From an uncultured PS1 clade bacterium (GTDB lineage Bacteria; Pseudomonadota; Alphaproteobacteria; MED-G09), in NCBI GenBank assembly GCA_902626605.1, contig CACOFZ010000002.1:21932-85931 (forward strand): 64,000 bases of DNA, written 5' to 3'. The stretch's first letter is position 1; every line of letters begins with the position of its first letter. The position numbers and the translations under genes were made by a program. The notes beneath the pieces are model-generated. The model was not told where the DNA came from and made no database searches. It saw nothing but the letters and a program-made list of their open reading frames with translations. Positions 1 through 11,722 of the stretch are shown here, one piece after another.

Positions 1-137
1 TTAAGTGTTTCTTTAGTCTCCTGAATAATATCATTACGCCAAGCAAGCAATTTACGTCTAAAAAATTCTTTTTGTTTAGCATTCATAAAAGGTTCTTTTT
101 CAGAAGGTGTATATCCCTTTGGTAAACGAGTAACCAT
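1..137 (-). CDS. dksA: RNA polymerase-binding protein DksA (5' part, runs off window)
   Basis: Manual translation MVTRLPKGYTPSEKEPFMNAKQKEFFRRKLLAWRNDIIQETKETL matches the alphaproteobacterial DksA N-terminus; GAGGA RBS upstream; not in ORF track. Confidence 0.85.
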   Translation of the reverse strand, partial: MVTRLPKGYTPSEKEPFMNAKQKEFFRRKLLAWRNDIIQETKETL

Positions 138-281
138 TCAAATCCTCATTATTAAGAAGTTGGTTTTTAAAGCATATATATTAAAATCTCAAGTAAGATT
201 CGTAATAATCATAGTTGATATTAAATATTTTGATGATTAGATTATCTTTCTTATTTATTATAAAATTACTAGAGGTGAAAA

Positions 282-1127
282 ATGAAGTTCGAAGGAACAA
301 AAGATTATATAGCAACAGAAGATCTTCGTATCGCTGTAAATGCTGCTGTAACACTTGAAAGGCCATTATTAATAAAAGGTGAACCAGGAACAGGTAAAAC
401 TGTTTTAGCGGAGGAAGTTTCTAAAGCCTTAAAAATGCCTTTGATAACATGGCATATAAAATCAACAACAAAAGCTCAGCAAGGTCTCTATGAGTATGAC
501 GCCATAACAAGACTTAGAGACTCTCAGCTTGGGGATGAAAAAGTTAAAGATATAAAAAATTACATTAAACAAGGAAAATTATGGGAAGCATTTGAATCTG
601 ATGAAAGACCAATTTTATTAATTGACGAAATTGATAAAGCCGATATTGAATTTCCAAATGATTTACTGCAAGAGTTAGATAGAATGGAATTCTTTGTTTA
701 TGAAACAAATGAAACAATTAAAGCCGCAAAAAGACCAGTTGTAATTATAACCTCTAATAATGAGAAAGAATTACCAGACGCATTTTTAAGAAGATGCTTT
801 TTTCATTATATTTCTTTTCCCGACTCAGAAACAATGGAAAAAATTGTAGACGTTCATTATCCTAAAATTAAATCAAAATTAGTTTCCGAGTCTCTTAAAG
901 TTTTTTACGAATTAAGAGATGTTCCCGGAATAAAGAAAAAACCATCAACATCAGAACTTTTGGATTGGCTTAAATTACTTATGAACGAAGATATTAAACC
1001 AGAAATGCTTAGAGAAAAAAATGCTAGCAATCTTATACCTCCATTACATGGAGCCTTATTGAAAAATGAACAAGATGTTCATCTTTTTGAAAGATTAGCT
1101 TTCTTGGCTAGAAGAGAGAACGGATAG
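282..1127 (+). CDS. MoxR-family AAA+ ATPase
   Basis: Walker A GEPGTGKT, Walker B LLIDEIDKAD, ITSN and LPDAFLRRC motifs; GAGG RBS. Confidence 0.9.
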   Translation: MKFEGTKDYIATEDLRIAVNAAVTLERPLLIKGEPGTGKTVLAEEVSKALKMPLITWHIKSTTKAQQGLYEYDAITRLRDSQLGDEKVKDIKNYIKQGKLWEAFESDERPILLIDEIDKADIEFPNDLLQELDRMEFFVYETNETIKAAKRPVVIITSNNEKELPDAFLRRCFFHYISFPDSETMEKIVDVHYPKIKSKLVSESLKVFYELRDVPGIKKKPSTSELLDWLKLLMNEDIKPEMLREKNASNLIPPLHGALLKNEQDVHLFERLAFLARRENG

Positions 1128-1136
1128 TAATTTTCA

Positions 1137-2318
1137 ATGTTTGTTAATTTTTTTCATGAATTAAAAAATGCCAATCTTCCTGTCTCTTTAAGAGAATATT
1201 TAACTCTTTTAGAGGCTATGGATAAGGATATACCTAATAGAAAAGTTGAAGAATTCTATTATTTATCAAGATCAACACTCATTAAAGACGAAAAAAATCT
1301 TGATAAATTTGATCAAGTTTTTGGTCATGTTTTTAAGGGCTTAGAAACATTAGAATCTGACGAGATTGCTGAAATTCCTGAAGAGTGGCTAAAAACATTA
1401 AATGAAAAATTCCTTACAGAAGAAGAGAAACAAAAAATTGAGTCTATGGGTGGCTGGGATAAATTAATGGAAGAGTTAAAAAAAAGACTTGAAGAGCAAG
1501 AGAAAAGACATGAAGGAGGTTCAAAATGGATTGGAACCGGAGGTACATCACCATATGGATCCGATGGTTATAATCCTGAAGGAGTCAGAATAGGACAAAA
1601 AGAAAATAAGAATTATAAAGCCGTTAAAGTTTGGGATAAAAGAGAATTTAAAAATTTAGATAAAGATGTTGAGATTGGTACAAGAAATATAAAAGTCGCA
1701 CTTAGAAGATTGAGGAAATTTGCTAGAGACGGTGCTGCAGACACCCTTGATCTTCCTGGAACAATTAAAAATACCGCAGATAAAGGATATTTAGATATAT
1801 CGCTTGTACCTGAAAGAAGAAATAAAGTTAAAGTATTGCTATTTTTTGATATCGGTGGGTCAATGGATATGCATGTTAAGCTTTGTGAAGAGCTTTTTTC
1901 TGCTGCTAAAACTGAGTTTAAAAATATGGAAAGTTTCTATTTTCATAATTGCCTATATGAAAGTGTTTGGAAAGATAATAGAAGAAGGCATACCGAAAAA
2001 ATTGATACATGGGATATCTTACATAAATATTCATCAGATTATAAAGTAATATTTGTAGGAGATGCGTCAATGAGTCCATATGAAATTACTTACCCAGGTG
2101 GTAGTGTTGAACATTGGAACGAAGAAGCTGGTGCAGAATGGTTGCAAAGGATTACTGATATTTATCAAAACGTAATATGGATAAATCCAGTAGATACAAA
2201 GCATTGGGAATTTACTCCTTCAACCCAAATTATAAGTCAGATTATTTCTGATAGAATGTACCCATTAACCCTTGATGGTTTAGATAAAGGCATGAAAGAA
2301 TTAAGTCGAAACAAATGA
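1137..2318 (+). CDS. vWA domain protein (CoxE-like partner of MoxR)
   Basis: MIDAS-like DIGGSM, FHNC, VGDASM; directly downstream of MoxR. Confidence 0.85.
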   Translation: MFVNFFHELKNANLPVSLREYLTLLEAMDKDIPNRKVEEFYYLSRSTLIKDEKNLDKFDQVFGHVFKGLETLESDEIAEIPEEWLKTLNEKFLTEEEKQKIESMGGWDKLMEELKKRLEEQEKRHEGGSKWIGTGGTSPYGSDGYNPEGVRIGQKENKNYKAVKVWDKREFKNLDKDVEIGTRNIKVALRRLRKFARDGAADTLDLPGTIKNTADKGYLDISLVPERRNKVKVLLFFDIGGSMDMHVKLCEELFSAAKTEFKNMESFYFHNCLYESVWKDNRRRHTEKIDTWDILHKYSSDYKVIFVGDASMSPYEITYPGGSVEHWNEEAGAEWLQRITDIYQNVIWINPVDTKHWEFTPSTQIISQIISDRMYPLTLDGLDKGMKELSRNK

Positions 2319-2325
2319 GGAAAAA

Positions 2326-2583
2326 ATGAAAAAAACCATAATATTAACATTTATAATTCTCCTTTCTTCCTGTGTTTCTCAACAAGCATTAGAAGAAAGA
2401 GCTGCGTTAAGAGATAAAATTGATCACGAAGAGTGTATAAAATTATCATTTATTGAAGGTACCGAGGCTTATGGTACATGCAGATTGACTTTAAAATCAA
2501 TTAGAGCTCAGGATAAAAATACTGACGCAATAAGAAGAAATGGTTTAGATAACCGTTTCTGCAACAGATATTACTGCTGGTAA
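2326..2583 (+). CDS. Small putative lipoprotein
   Basis: Signal peptide with lipobox LSSC; GAGG RBS. Confidence 0.65.
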   Translation: MKKTIILTFIILLSSCVSQQALEERAALRDKIDHEECIKLSFIEGTEAYGTCRLTLKSIRAQDKNTDAIRRNGLDNRFCNRYYCW

Positions 2584-3942
<1,359 letters not shown>

Positions 3943-4054
3943 TTATTTACTTTCTTAAATAACAAAAATAATAAGCCATGTTTATAAATGTTCTTAAAAT
4001 ATATTCAAATCAAAATTTTAAAAAAATTATGAATATTAAATAATTTTTAAAATC

Positions 4055-5332
4055 ATGATACAAAGCTCCATGAGTAAAACGACTGACAAGCCGTTAAGAA
4101 TATTAATGCCTAGTTACAGAAGCCATCCTTTTACAGGAGGCCAAGGTATTTATATGCGTTTAGTTACAAAGGCTATGGTAGAATTGGGTCATTCTGTAGA
4201 AGTAATATCGGGTCAACCATATCCTTTACTTGATGAAGGCGTCAAACTGACTAAATTACCATCACTAGATTTGTACTCTTATGATAACCCTCTAAAAGCT
4301 TTTAAATTTAAACTCCTTAAAGAACCAATAGATCTTTATGAATGGTTGAGTCATCTAAGTGGAGGCTTTTCTGAGCCTTATACTTTTGGCGAAAGAATGG
4401 CGGTTTGGGCTAAGAAAAATTATAATAGATTTGATGTGGTCCACGATAATCAGACTTTAGCTTATGGATTGATCAAATTAAGGGATATGGGAGTTCCTGT
4501 TGTGGGGACAATTCATCATCCAATTACAATGGATAAAAGAATTGACATTAAACATGCTGAATCTTTATTTCTAAAGCTCTTAAAATGGAGATGGTATAGC
4601 TTCCTAAAAATGCAAATAAAAGTCGCCAGAAAGCTAGATCCTATAATTGTAGTATCTGAAAATACCAGAAAAGATGTAGTTAAAGATTTTAAAATAGATC
4701 CAAAAAAAACAAGAAAAGTTTTACATGGAATAGATCATAAAACTTTTGAACCAATTCCATCAATTAAAAGAAAAGAAAATCAATTGATCACTACTGCAAG
4801 TGCTGATGTCCCTCTTAAAGGTTTAATTTATCTGATTAGGGCATATTCAGATCTTTTGAATGAATTCCCTGAACTTTCTCTAATTGTTATAGGAAAATTA
4901 AGAGATGGACCTACTAGCAAAGAATTGGACAAAAAGGGTATAAAAAATAAAGTAAAATTTATCTCTGACTTAACAAGCAGACAAATTTCAGAGTTATATG
5001 CCGAATCAACTATTGCTATCTCACCTTCTGTATATGAAGGTTTTGGATTTCCTGCAGGTGAGGCAATGTCTTGCGGAATTCCATTAATTTCAACAAATGG
5101 AGGATCTCTTCCTGAGGTTGTTGGTGACTCAGGTATAATTGTTCCTCACTCAAACCCAAATGAGCTTAGAAAAGCTATTAAAGAACTATTATTATCGCCT
5201 GAAAAAAGACAGGAGTTTGGCGAGAAAGGTAGAAATAGAGTTTTAGAAAAATTTACATGGAAAAGAGCTGCTAGAGAACTAGTTGATGTTTATAGAGAGG
5301 CAATCTCAAATGCTGACAATAGATCTAGATAA
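4055..5332 (+). CDS. Glycosyltransferase family 4
   Basis: GGQG N-terminal motif, SVYEGFGFPAGEAMSCG GT-B motif. Confidence 0.9.
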   Translation: MIQSSMSKTTDKPLRILMPSYRSHPFTGGQGIYMRLVTKAMVELGHSVEVISGQPYPLLDEGVKLTKLPSLDLYSYDNPLKAFKFKLLKEPIDLYEWLSHLSGGFSEPYTFGERMAVWAKKNYNRFDVVHDNQTLAYGLIKLRDMGVPVVGTIHHPITMDKRIDIKHAESLFLKLLKWRWYSFLKMQIKVARKLDPIIVVSENTRKDVVKDFKIDPKKTRKVLHGIDHKTFEPIPSIKRKENQLITTASADVPLKGLIYLIRAYSDLLNEFPELSLIVIGKLRDGPTSKELDKKGIKNKVKFISDLTSRQISELYAESTIAISPSVYEGFGFPAGEAMSCGIPLISTNGGSLPEVVGDSGIIVPHSNPNELRKAIKELLLSPEKRQEFGEKGRNRVLEKFTWKRAARELVDVYREAISNADNRSR

Positions 5333-6026
5333 AATAGAAATAAAAGATGGTCATACAATTTTAGACTTAGGATGTGGTAAAGGAAGGCATATTCATAAGC
5401 TTTACTATTATAAAAAATGCCACGTTATTGGACTCGACCTATCATTTGATGATTTAAAAGTTACTTACCAAGGTTTTGAGACCTATCCGGACATAACTAA
5501 CGATCCTAATAGACATTTTAATTTAATGGCTGGAAATGCTCTCTCTCTTCCATTTAAAGATGAAACTTTTGATCAAATAATATGCTCAGAAGTTCTTGAA
5601 CATATTCCTGATTACAAAAAAGTAATAAGTGAAATTTATAGAGTTGCAAAAAAAAGATCATATATTGGTATATCAGTTCCAAATCGTTTTCCTGAAAAAA
5701 TTTGTTGGTATCTATCCGATGAATACCATAATGAGCCTGGGGGTCATATTCATATATTTGAAAATAAAAAACTCATTAATAGTTTCAAAGAAAAAAATTT
5801 CCACTATTTATCAAAATCTTTTAAACATGGACTTCATTCACCATATTGGTGGTTAAAATGTTATGTAGGGGTTAAAAATGAGAGAAATTTTCTAGTAAAT
5901 TTATATAAAAAATTTCTTGAATGGGATATTTTAAGTAGACCTAAAGTAACGAGAATTATAGAAAAATTACTTAATCCAATTATTGGAAAATCAGTAGTTC
6001 TCTATTTCAAAAAAGAAATAAAATGA
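5310..6026 (+). CDS. Class I SAM-dependent methyltransferase
   Basis: LDLGCGKGRH motif I, LPF..ETFD..ICSEVLEHI; start moved to ATG 5310 after AGAGAGG. Confidence 0.88.
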   Translation: MLTIDLDKIEIKDGHTILDLGCGKGRHIHKLYYYKKCHVIGLDLSFDDLKVTYQGFETYPDITNDPNRHFNLMAGNALSLPFKDETFDQIICSEVLEHIPDYKKVISEIYRVAKKRSYIGISVPNRFPEKICWYLSDEYHNEPGGHIHIFENKKLINSFKEKNFHYLSKSFKHGLHSPYWWLKCYVGVKNERNFLVNLYKKFLEWDILSRPKVTRIIEKLLNPIIGKSVVLYFKKEIK

Positions 6027-7090
6027 ATAAGAAAATATCAATTAAAGATCATAAAACATTCTTTAAAGGCTCAACGGATAGAATAATTGAACTTCAAAAA
6101 GACGATGGATCAATTACATGGTTTAATGAAGGTGTTTTTGATGCATGGAATCATCTTGAGTCAGTTATGGCTTTAAATGTTCTTGATTTTAAAAAAGAAA
6201 AAAATTTAGGATTTGAGTTCTTAATAAATTCTCAGCTTGAGGATGGGTCATGGTATGGACAGCTTGGAAGCACAGTTGAATTTGACGAAGTTACTGGCTT
6301 ATTCAACGGAAAAGAGAGTGATGCTGGAGGTTTCACAAGAGATACAAACTTTTCAGCATACATAGCGACCGCTTCCTGGCATGACTATTTAATTAATAAA
6401 TCAAAAAAGGATCTCTTTAAACTATGGCCTACAATTTTTAAAGCAATTGGTTTTGTTATAAAAAATCAATCTTTAAATGGTGAAATAAGGTGGGCTGCTA
6501 AAGATAAAAATGCTCCAAATGATGATGCGCTTGTTACAGGTTGTTGCTCAATATATAAAAGTCTCATTAGCGCAATAAATTGTGCAAACGTATTAGGAAT
6601 AAATGTTGATGTATGGAAAAAATCTCTTAAAAAATTAGGTAACGCTATTAAAAATAATCCAGAATTATTTGATAGAACTTGGGACTCTAAACAACGATTC
6701 TCTATGGATTGGTACTATCCTATTCTTTGTGGTGTAATATCAAAAAAAGAAGCTAAAAAAAAGTTATTTAGTAAATGGGATAAATTTGTTGTTGATGGAA
6801 TTGGCTGTAAATGTGTAAAAGATCAACCATGGGTAACAATTGCTGAAACTGCTGAGCTAGCAATAACGTTAAAAAAAATTGGTGAGACCAAACTAGCGGA
6901 GGAAATGCTTTCACATACAAATCAATGGAAAGACGAGAATGGAGCTTATTGGATGGGTAGACAATATGAGCAAGAAGTTTTTTGGCCAAAAGAGAGACCA
7001 CCCTGGACATCTGCAGCAGTAATTTTAGCTTATGATACAATTTATGGCTTAAGTGAAGGATCGTCATTATTTTTAAATGACTCCTTATAA
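6023..7090 (+). CDS. Prenyltransferase/squalene-cyclase-like (alpha/alpha) barrel protein
   Basis: QW-like repeats (LQKDDGSITW, SQLEDGSWY, NQSLNGEIRW, WKDENGAYW); ATGA overlap with upstream gene. Confidence 0.7.
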   Translation: MNKKISIKDHKTFFKGSTDRIIELQKDDGSITWFNEGVFDAWNHLESVMALNVLDFKKEKNLGFEFLINSQLEDGSWYGQLGSTVEFDEVTGLFNGKESDAGGFTRDTNFSAYIATASWHDYLINKSKKDLFKLWPTIFKAIGFVIKNQSLNGEIRWAAKDKNAPNDDALVTGCCSIYKSLISAINCANVLGINVDVWKKSLKKLGNAIKNNPELFDRTWDSKQRFSMDWYYPILCGVISKKEAKKKLFSKWDKFVVDGIGCKCVKDQPWVTIAETAELAITLKKIGETKLAEEMLSHTNQWKDENGAYWMGRQYEQEVFWPKERPPWTSAAVILAYDTIYGLSEGSSLFLNDSL

Positions 7091-7699
7091 AATTTTTTTC
7101 AGTATTTTGAGAGACTTTACAGTCTCGTAGTCTTTAAACTTGCCAGAATTTAATGCAGATAGATAAACTTCATAAGGTGGCCTTCCACCATCTTCAGGGT
7201 TAGGAAAGACATCATGAATAGCTAAAAATCCATCTTTCATAATTTTTTCGTTCCAATTATTATAGTCATTAAAGGCTGCTTCCTTGCTATGTCCTCCATC
7301 AATAAAAACCATAGAAAGATTAATTGTCCAGAACTTAGCTACTAGAACAGAATCAGAAACAATGGGTATAATAAAATTTTCTAAGTTAAAATTTCTAATA
7401 TTTTTTCTAAATTCTGGAAAAGTATTAATTCTCCCAGTTTGGGAATCAAATAATTCTTTATCATGATACTCCCAACCAACTTGATTTTCCTCAGATCCAG
7501 TATGATGATCAATTGCAAAAAGAAGTGAATTATTTTTTTCGCAAGCCTTTCCAATATAAATTGATGATTTTCCGCAATATGAACCTATTTCAACAATTGG
7601 GCCTCTCTTTGATGCCTCTAAAGCAACACTGTAAAGAAACTCCCCCTCTTCAGGATCCATAAAACCTTTAATTGAATTTAAACTATTAAATTGTTTCAC
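7085..7699 (-). CDS. Class I SAM-dependent methyltransferase (Methyltransf_24-like)
   Basis: VEIGSYCGKS, FIDGGH, AIHD motifs. Confidence 0.85.
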   Translation of the reverse strand: MKQFNSLNSIKGFMDPEEGEFLYSVALEASKRGPIVEIGSYCGKSSIYIGKACEKNNSLLFAIDHHTGSEENQVGWEYHDKELFDSQTGRINTFPEFRKNIRNFNLENFIIPIVSDSVLVAKFWTINLSMVFIDGGHSKEAAFNDYNNWNEKIMKDGFLAIHDVFPNPEDGGRPPYEVYLSALNSGKFKDYETVKSLKILKKIL

Positions 7700-9188
7700 T
7701 GTTTTTCAATTTGGAGAAATAATTAGAAGACTCTTTTTTAACAATACTGGCTAAAATATAAACACCTATTAAATTTGGAATTGCCATTAAAAAGAGAGCT
7801 GCATCAGATAGATCTATTACCTTAACTAAATCAAGAGAAGATCCAATAATGGCAAAAAAACAAAAAATAATCTTATAACAAGTTTCGATATTTTTAGACT
7901 CTCCAAAGATAAAAGTGACAGCCTTCACTCCATAATATGACCATGAAATCATAGTGGAGAATGCGAAAAGAGTTGCAACTAGTGCAAGTAAATAAGGAAA
8001 TGTTGGTAAGACAGTTCCAAAAGCTTGAGAGGTCATTCTTGCACCTTCGATTTCTTGGCCAGTTGTATAAACACCTGATGTAATAATTACTAATGCCGTT
8101 AAAGTACAAATAATAACAGTATCTACAAAAGGTTCTAAAAGAGAGACTAGACCCTCAGTTGTGGCATCATCTGTTTTGACTGCAGAATGCGCAATAGGTG
8201 CAGATCCAATACCCGCCTCATTAGAAAAAACAGCTCTTCTAAAACCAAGAATTAAGACACCAATAAAACCACCAGTTACGCCTTCTGGGGAAAATGCACC
8301 AATAAAAATTGATGAAATTGCTGAGGGTATTTGATCATAATTAGAGAAAATAATAATCAAAGCAGAAATTAAATAAATAACAGCCATTGACGGCACTAAT
8401 TTTGAAGTGACAGAACCAATTCTTTTTATTCCACCAATAATTACTAAACCTACAAGAAGAGCGATGATTAATCCATAAAACCAAGAATGAAGGTCTAAGA
8501 AACTTCCGCTTCCACCTGTAACATATATTAATAGGTCTAAAGATTGATTAACCTGAAACATATTGCCACCACCCAATGACGCAAAAATACAAAAAATTGC
8601 AAACATGTAGGCAAGGATATTTCCTAGTAAAGCCAAACCCCTCTCCTCAAGACCTTTAGATAAATAATACATGGGTCCCCCAGAAACAGTTCCATCTGGA
8701 TTAATATTTCTGTATCTAACACCCAGAGTACACTCACAAAATTTCAATGACATACCAATTAAACCAGACAGTATCATCCAAAAAGTTGCGCCTGGTCCAC
8801 CAAGGGAAATAGCTACAGCCACTCCTCCAATATTTCCTAAACCAACAGTTCCTGATAAAGCAGTTGCTAGTGCTCGAAAGTGAGACACCTCTCCCTTAGA
8901 TTCTTTATTTGAAAATTTTCCTGAAACTAATTCCAAAGCATGCTTAAAGCCTCTGAAGTTAATAAATTTGAAATAAAAAGTCGAAAATAAACCTCCGGCT
9001 ATAAGCCAAATAACTATCAATTCAACATTTGCATTTCCTAATGGTAGCGAATAAAAAACAATCCCTGAGATAAATGAAGCAATAGGAGTTAAAAAATCAT
9101 TAATATTTTGATCAATACTTGCATGCAAATCATTTGAATAAAAAATTGAAAATAGAATTATAAAAATTTTTAAACAAAAGAATTTCAT
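7686..9188 (-). CDS. Alanine/glycine:cation symporter (AGCS family)
   Basis: ALSGTVGLGNIGGVA, GGPGATFWM, GGPMYY, FSNEAGIGS motifs. Confidence 0.92.
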   Translation of the reverse strand: MKFFCLKIFIILFSIFYSNDLHASIDQNINDFLTPIASFISGIVFYSLPLGNANVELIVIWLIAGGLFSTFYFKFINFRGFKHALELVSGKFSNKESKGEVSHFRALATALSGTVGLGNIGGVAVAISLGGPGATFWMILSGLIGMSLKFCECTLGVRYRNINPDGTVSGGPMYYLSKGLEERGLALLGNILAYMFAIFCIFASLGGGNMFQVNQSLDLLIYVTGGSGSFLDLHSWFYGLIIALLVGLVIIGGIKRIGSVTSKLVPSMAVIYLISALIIIFSNYDQIPSAISSIFIGAFSPEGVTGGFIGVLILGFRRAVFSNEAGIGSAPIAHSAVKTDDATTEGLVSLLEPFVDTVIICTLTALVIITSGVYTTGQEIEGARMTSQAFGTVLPTFPYLLALVATLFAFSTMISWSYYGVKAVTFIFGESKNIETCYKIIFCFFAIIGSSLDLVKVIDLSDAALFLMAIPNLIGVYILASIVKKESSNYFSKLKNSETI

Positions 9189-9281
9189 TTTTTTTTTGAT
9201 CCAAGCTTGAATATAGAAAATATAAGATTAGTTTAATCATTATAATGAGTCTGTAAATCCACAAATTATTGATGAAATATT

Positions 9282-10028
9282 ATGAAACCACTCAAAATAA
9301 AAAATCTTAAAAAAAAATTTAAAGATACATTAGCTATTAATGGTGTCAATCTTGAGATAGAGGAAGGTAAAATTACAGGTATTATTGGACGATCCGGCTC
9401 AGGTAAGTCCACTCTTCTTAGAATGATCAATAGATTAATTGAACCAAGTGAGGGAACAATTGAGTTTAATGACATAATTATCACAGAAATTAAAGGTAAA
9501 GCCCTTAGAAAATGGCGCTCAGAATGTGCAATGATTTTTCAACAGTTCAATCTGGTTGATCGATTAGATGTATTAACAAATGTACTTATTGGAAGCCTAG
9601 GTAGAAGTTATAGTTTTTTAAATTTATTTGGATATTTTTCAAAAGAAGAAAAAATTAATGCTTTAAGAAACTTGAATAGATTTGAATTAACTGAAAAATC
9701 CCTTCAAAGAGCTGGAACATTATCTGGTGGACAACAGCAAAGAGTTGCGATTGCAAGGGCGTTAATGCAAAAACCAAAGATCTTGCTTGCTGATGAACCA
9801 ATTTCATCATTAGACCCAAAAAACTCCAAAAGAGTTATGGATGATATGCTCAAAATTAATCGAGAAGATGGAATAACAATTATTTGTAATCTTCATTCCT
9901 TAGAAATAGCAAAAAAATATTGCGATCGCCTTATTGGTTTATCTGAAGGAAAGGTTGTTTTTGATGGAAAACCAAAAGAGTTAACAACAAATATTTCAAA
10001 GAAGCTTTATGATTTAGATGATGAATGA
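9282..10028 (+). CDS. phnC: Phosphonate ABC transporter ATP-binding protein
   Basis: GRSGSGKS, FQQFNLVDRLDVLTNV, LSGGQQQRVAIARAL, ADEPISSLDP. Confidence 0.9.
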   Translation: MKPLKIKNLKKKFKDTLAINGVNLEIEEGKITGIIGRSGSGKSTLLRMINRLIEPSEGTIEFNDIIITEIKGKALRKWRSECAMIFQQFNLVDRLDVLTNVLIGSLGRSYSFLNLFGYFSKEEKINALRNLNRFELTEKSLQRAGTLSGGQQQRVAIARALMQKPKILLADEPISSLDPKNSKRVMDDMLKINREDGITIICNLHSLEIAKKYCDRLIGLSEGKVVFDGKPKELTTNISKKLYDLDDE

Positions 10029-10890
10029 AATTATTTTAAACAGTCACAATAAAAATTTAATCAAGAAAAAACGTTTTTGGAATACATCTCTTATTGTTTT
10101 ATTATTAATTGGAATAGTTCTATCCTCTAAAATAATAGATACTAATATTTCAGATCTATTTAATGGAATTACAAGATTAGGTGATTACATTTCAAAGATT
10201 CTCCCATCACTAGAGTTAAATAATCTTTTTCTTGGCTCAAAAGATCAGGGGTCTATTGCATATTGGTACTTTAACATATCTAAATACTTAAAATTGCTTT
10301 TTGAGACTTTTAATATGGCACTTCTTGCAACTATGACTGGTTCTATACTGGCGCTTTTTTTAAGTTTTTTAGCAGCAAAAAATACATCACCCAATTCTCT
10401 GCTCTTTTTTTCGATAAGAAGAATGCTTGAATTTTTTAGAGGAGTTCCTGAAATAATTTTTGCAATTCTTTTTGTTTGGGTATTAGGAATTGGACCACTT
10501 GCAGGGATTATAGCAATTACAATTCATACAACTGGATCATTAGGTAAATTATTTTCTGAAGTTTATGAAAACTCCAATAATAGACCAATAGAGGCCCTTA
10601 AGGCATCTGGAGGAAACTGGTTATCAGAAATGAAATTTGGATTATTGCCACAAGTTCTTCCAAATTTAATTTCATATGCTTTACTAAGATTTGAGATCAA
10701 CATAAGAGCCTCAACAATTTTAGGCTTTGTTGGTGCAGGTGGAATAGGCCAAGAGTTATATTTGGTAATTAATTTTAATTATTATGAAGAAGTTAGTGCA
10801 ATTATTTTATTGATAATTTTGACCGTTATTTCGATTGATTTATTATCAGGACATATAAGAAAAAATATTATTGGATTTGATAATGACTAA
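10018..10890 (+). CDS. phnE: Phosphonate ABC transporter permease
   Basis: RGVPE, GKLFSE, RFEINIRASTILGFVGAGGIG. Confidence 0.9.
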   Translation: MMNEIILNSHNKNLIKKKRFWNTSLIVLLLIGIVLSSKIIDTNISDLFNGITRLGDYISKILPSLELNNLFLGSKDQGSIAYWYFNISKYLKLLFETFNMALLATMTGSILALFLSFLAAKNTSPNSLLFFSIRRMLEFFRGVPEIIFAILFVWVLGIGPLAGIIAITIHTTGSLGKLFSEVYENSNNRPIEALKASGGNWLSEMKFGLLPQVLPNLISYALLRFEINIRASTILGFVGAGGIGQELYLVINFNYYEEVSAIILLIILTVISIDLLSGHIRKNIIGFDND

Positions 10891-11707
10891 TCAAGAAATT
10901 GTTATGCTCAATCCAAAAATATTTTCTCCATTATGGAAACGTTCGCCTATAAAAATCGTAGTTTTTCTGATTATTTTTTCATACCTGATTTTCTCAATAA
11001 AATATTTTAATATTTCAATTACTGAACTTATTAACGATCTAAACAAAATGAAACCGATCCTGATTTCAATGATAACCTGGAATGATTTTCTATCATGGAA
11101 TTTTAATTCAATCTTAGTAGGTATTTTACAAACTTTAGCCATGGCATTTCTTGGAACCGTCGCTGCCTCTGTAATATCTGTTCCTTTAGGACTAATTGCA
11201 TCAAGACAAGTTATAAAAATAAATTTATTTAGATTTATAATAAGAAGATTTCTGGATTTTATTCGCGGAGTTGATATTCTTATTTGGGCTTTAATTTTTG
11301 TCAGAGCATTTGGTTTGGGTCCTCTTTCAGGGGTCTTGGCAATTTTCGTGGCTGATACAGGAACTTTATCAAAACTATATTCAGAAGCTGCAGATAATAG
11401 CGATAATAAACAAATTGAAGGTCTTGTTTCGTCTGGCTCAACAAAATTATCTACTATTAGATTTGGATTATTACCTCAAGTTATGCCAATTTTTATTTCT
11501 CAAAGCCTTTATTTCTTTGAGTCAAACTCTCGATCAGCTGTTATATTGGGAATAGTTGGTGCTGGAGGTATAGGATTACAATTATCGGAAAGAATGAAAG
11601 CGCAATACTGGGATCAAGCATTTTTTATAATCATAATAATACTTATTATGGTTGCAATAATTGATAAATTATCAAGATTTTTAAGGGAAAAACTAATAAA
11701 CGACTAA
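10883..11707 (+). CDS. phnE: Phosphonate ABC transporter permease (second)
   Basis: ESNSRSAVILGIVGAGGIG; ATG at 10883 preferred over TTG 10871. Confidence 0.88.
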   Translation: MTNQEIVMLNPKIFSPLWKRSPIKIVVFLIIFSYLIFSIKYFNISITELINDLNKMKPILISMITWNDFLSWNFNSILVGILQTLAMAFLGTVAASVISVPLGLIASRQVIKINLFRFIIRRFLDFIRGVDILIWALIFVRAFGLGPLSGVLAIFVADTGTLSKLYSEAADNSDNKQIEGLVSSGSTKLSTIRFGLLPQVMPIFISQSLYFFESNSRSAVILGIVGAGGIGLQLSERMKAQYWDQAFFIIIIILIMVAIIDKLSRFLREKLIND

Positions 11708-11722
11708 ATATTAAAGAAACTC

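Noticed and set aside
181..366. 61-aa minus-strand ORF and the many other short ORFs nested in or antisense to long genes (e.g. 1804-2049, 26026-26427, 51687-52148, 56842-57174)
   Set aside because: Shadow frames of well-supported genes with no recognisable motifs
282..2318. CO dehydrogenase (coxDE) or Rubisco activase (cbbQO) system
   Set aside because: No coxLMS or cbb genes nearby; generic MoxR-vWA pair next to dksA
6023..7090. Squalene-hopene cyclase / hopanoid synthesis
   Set aside because: Only 355 aa (single barrel), no DXDD catalytic motif in context and no hpn genes
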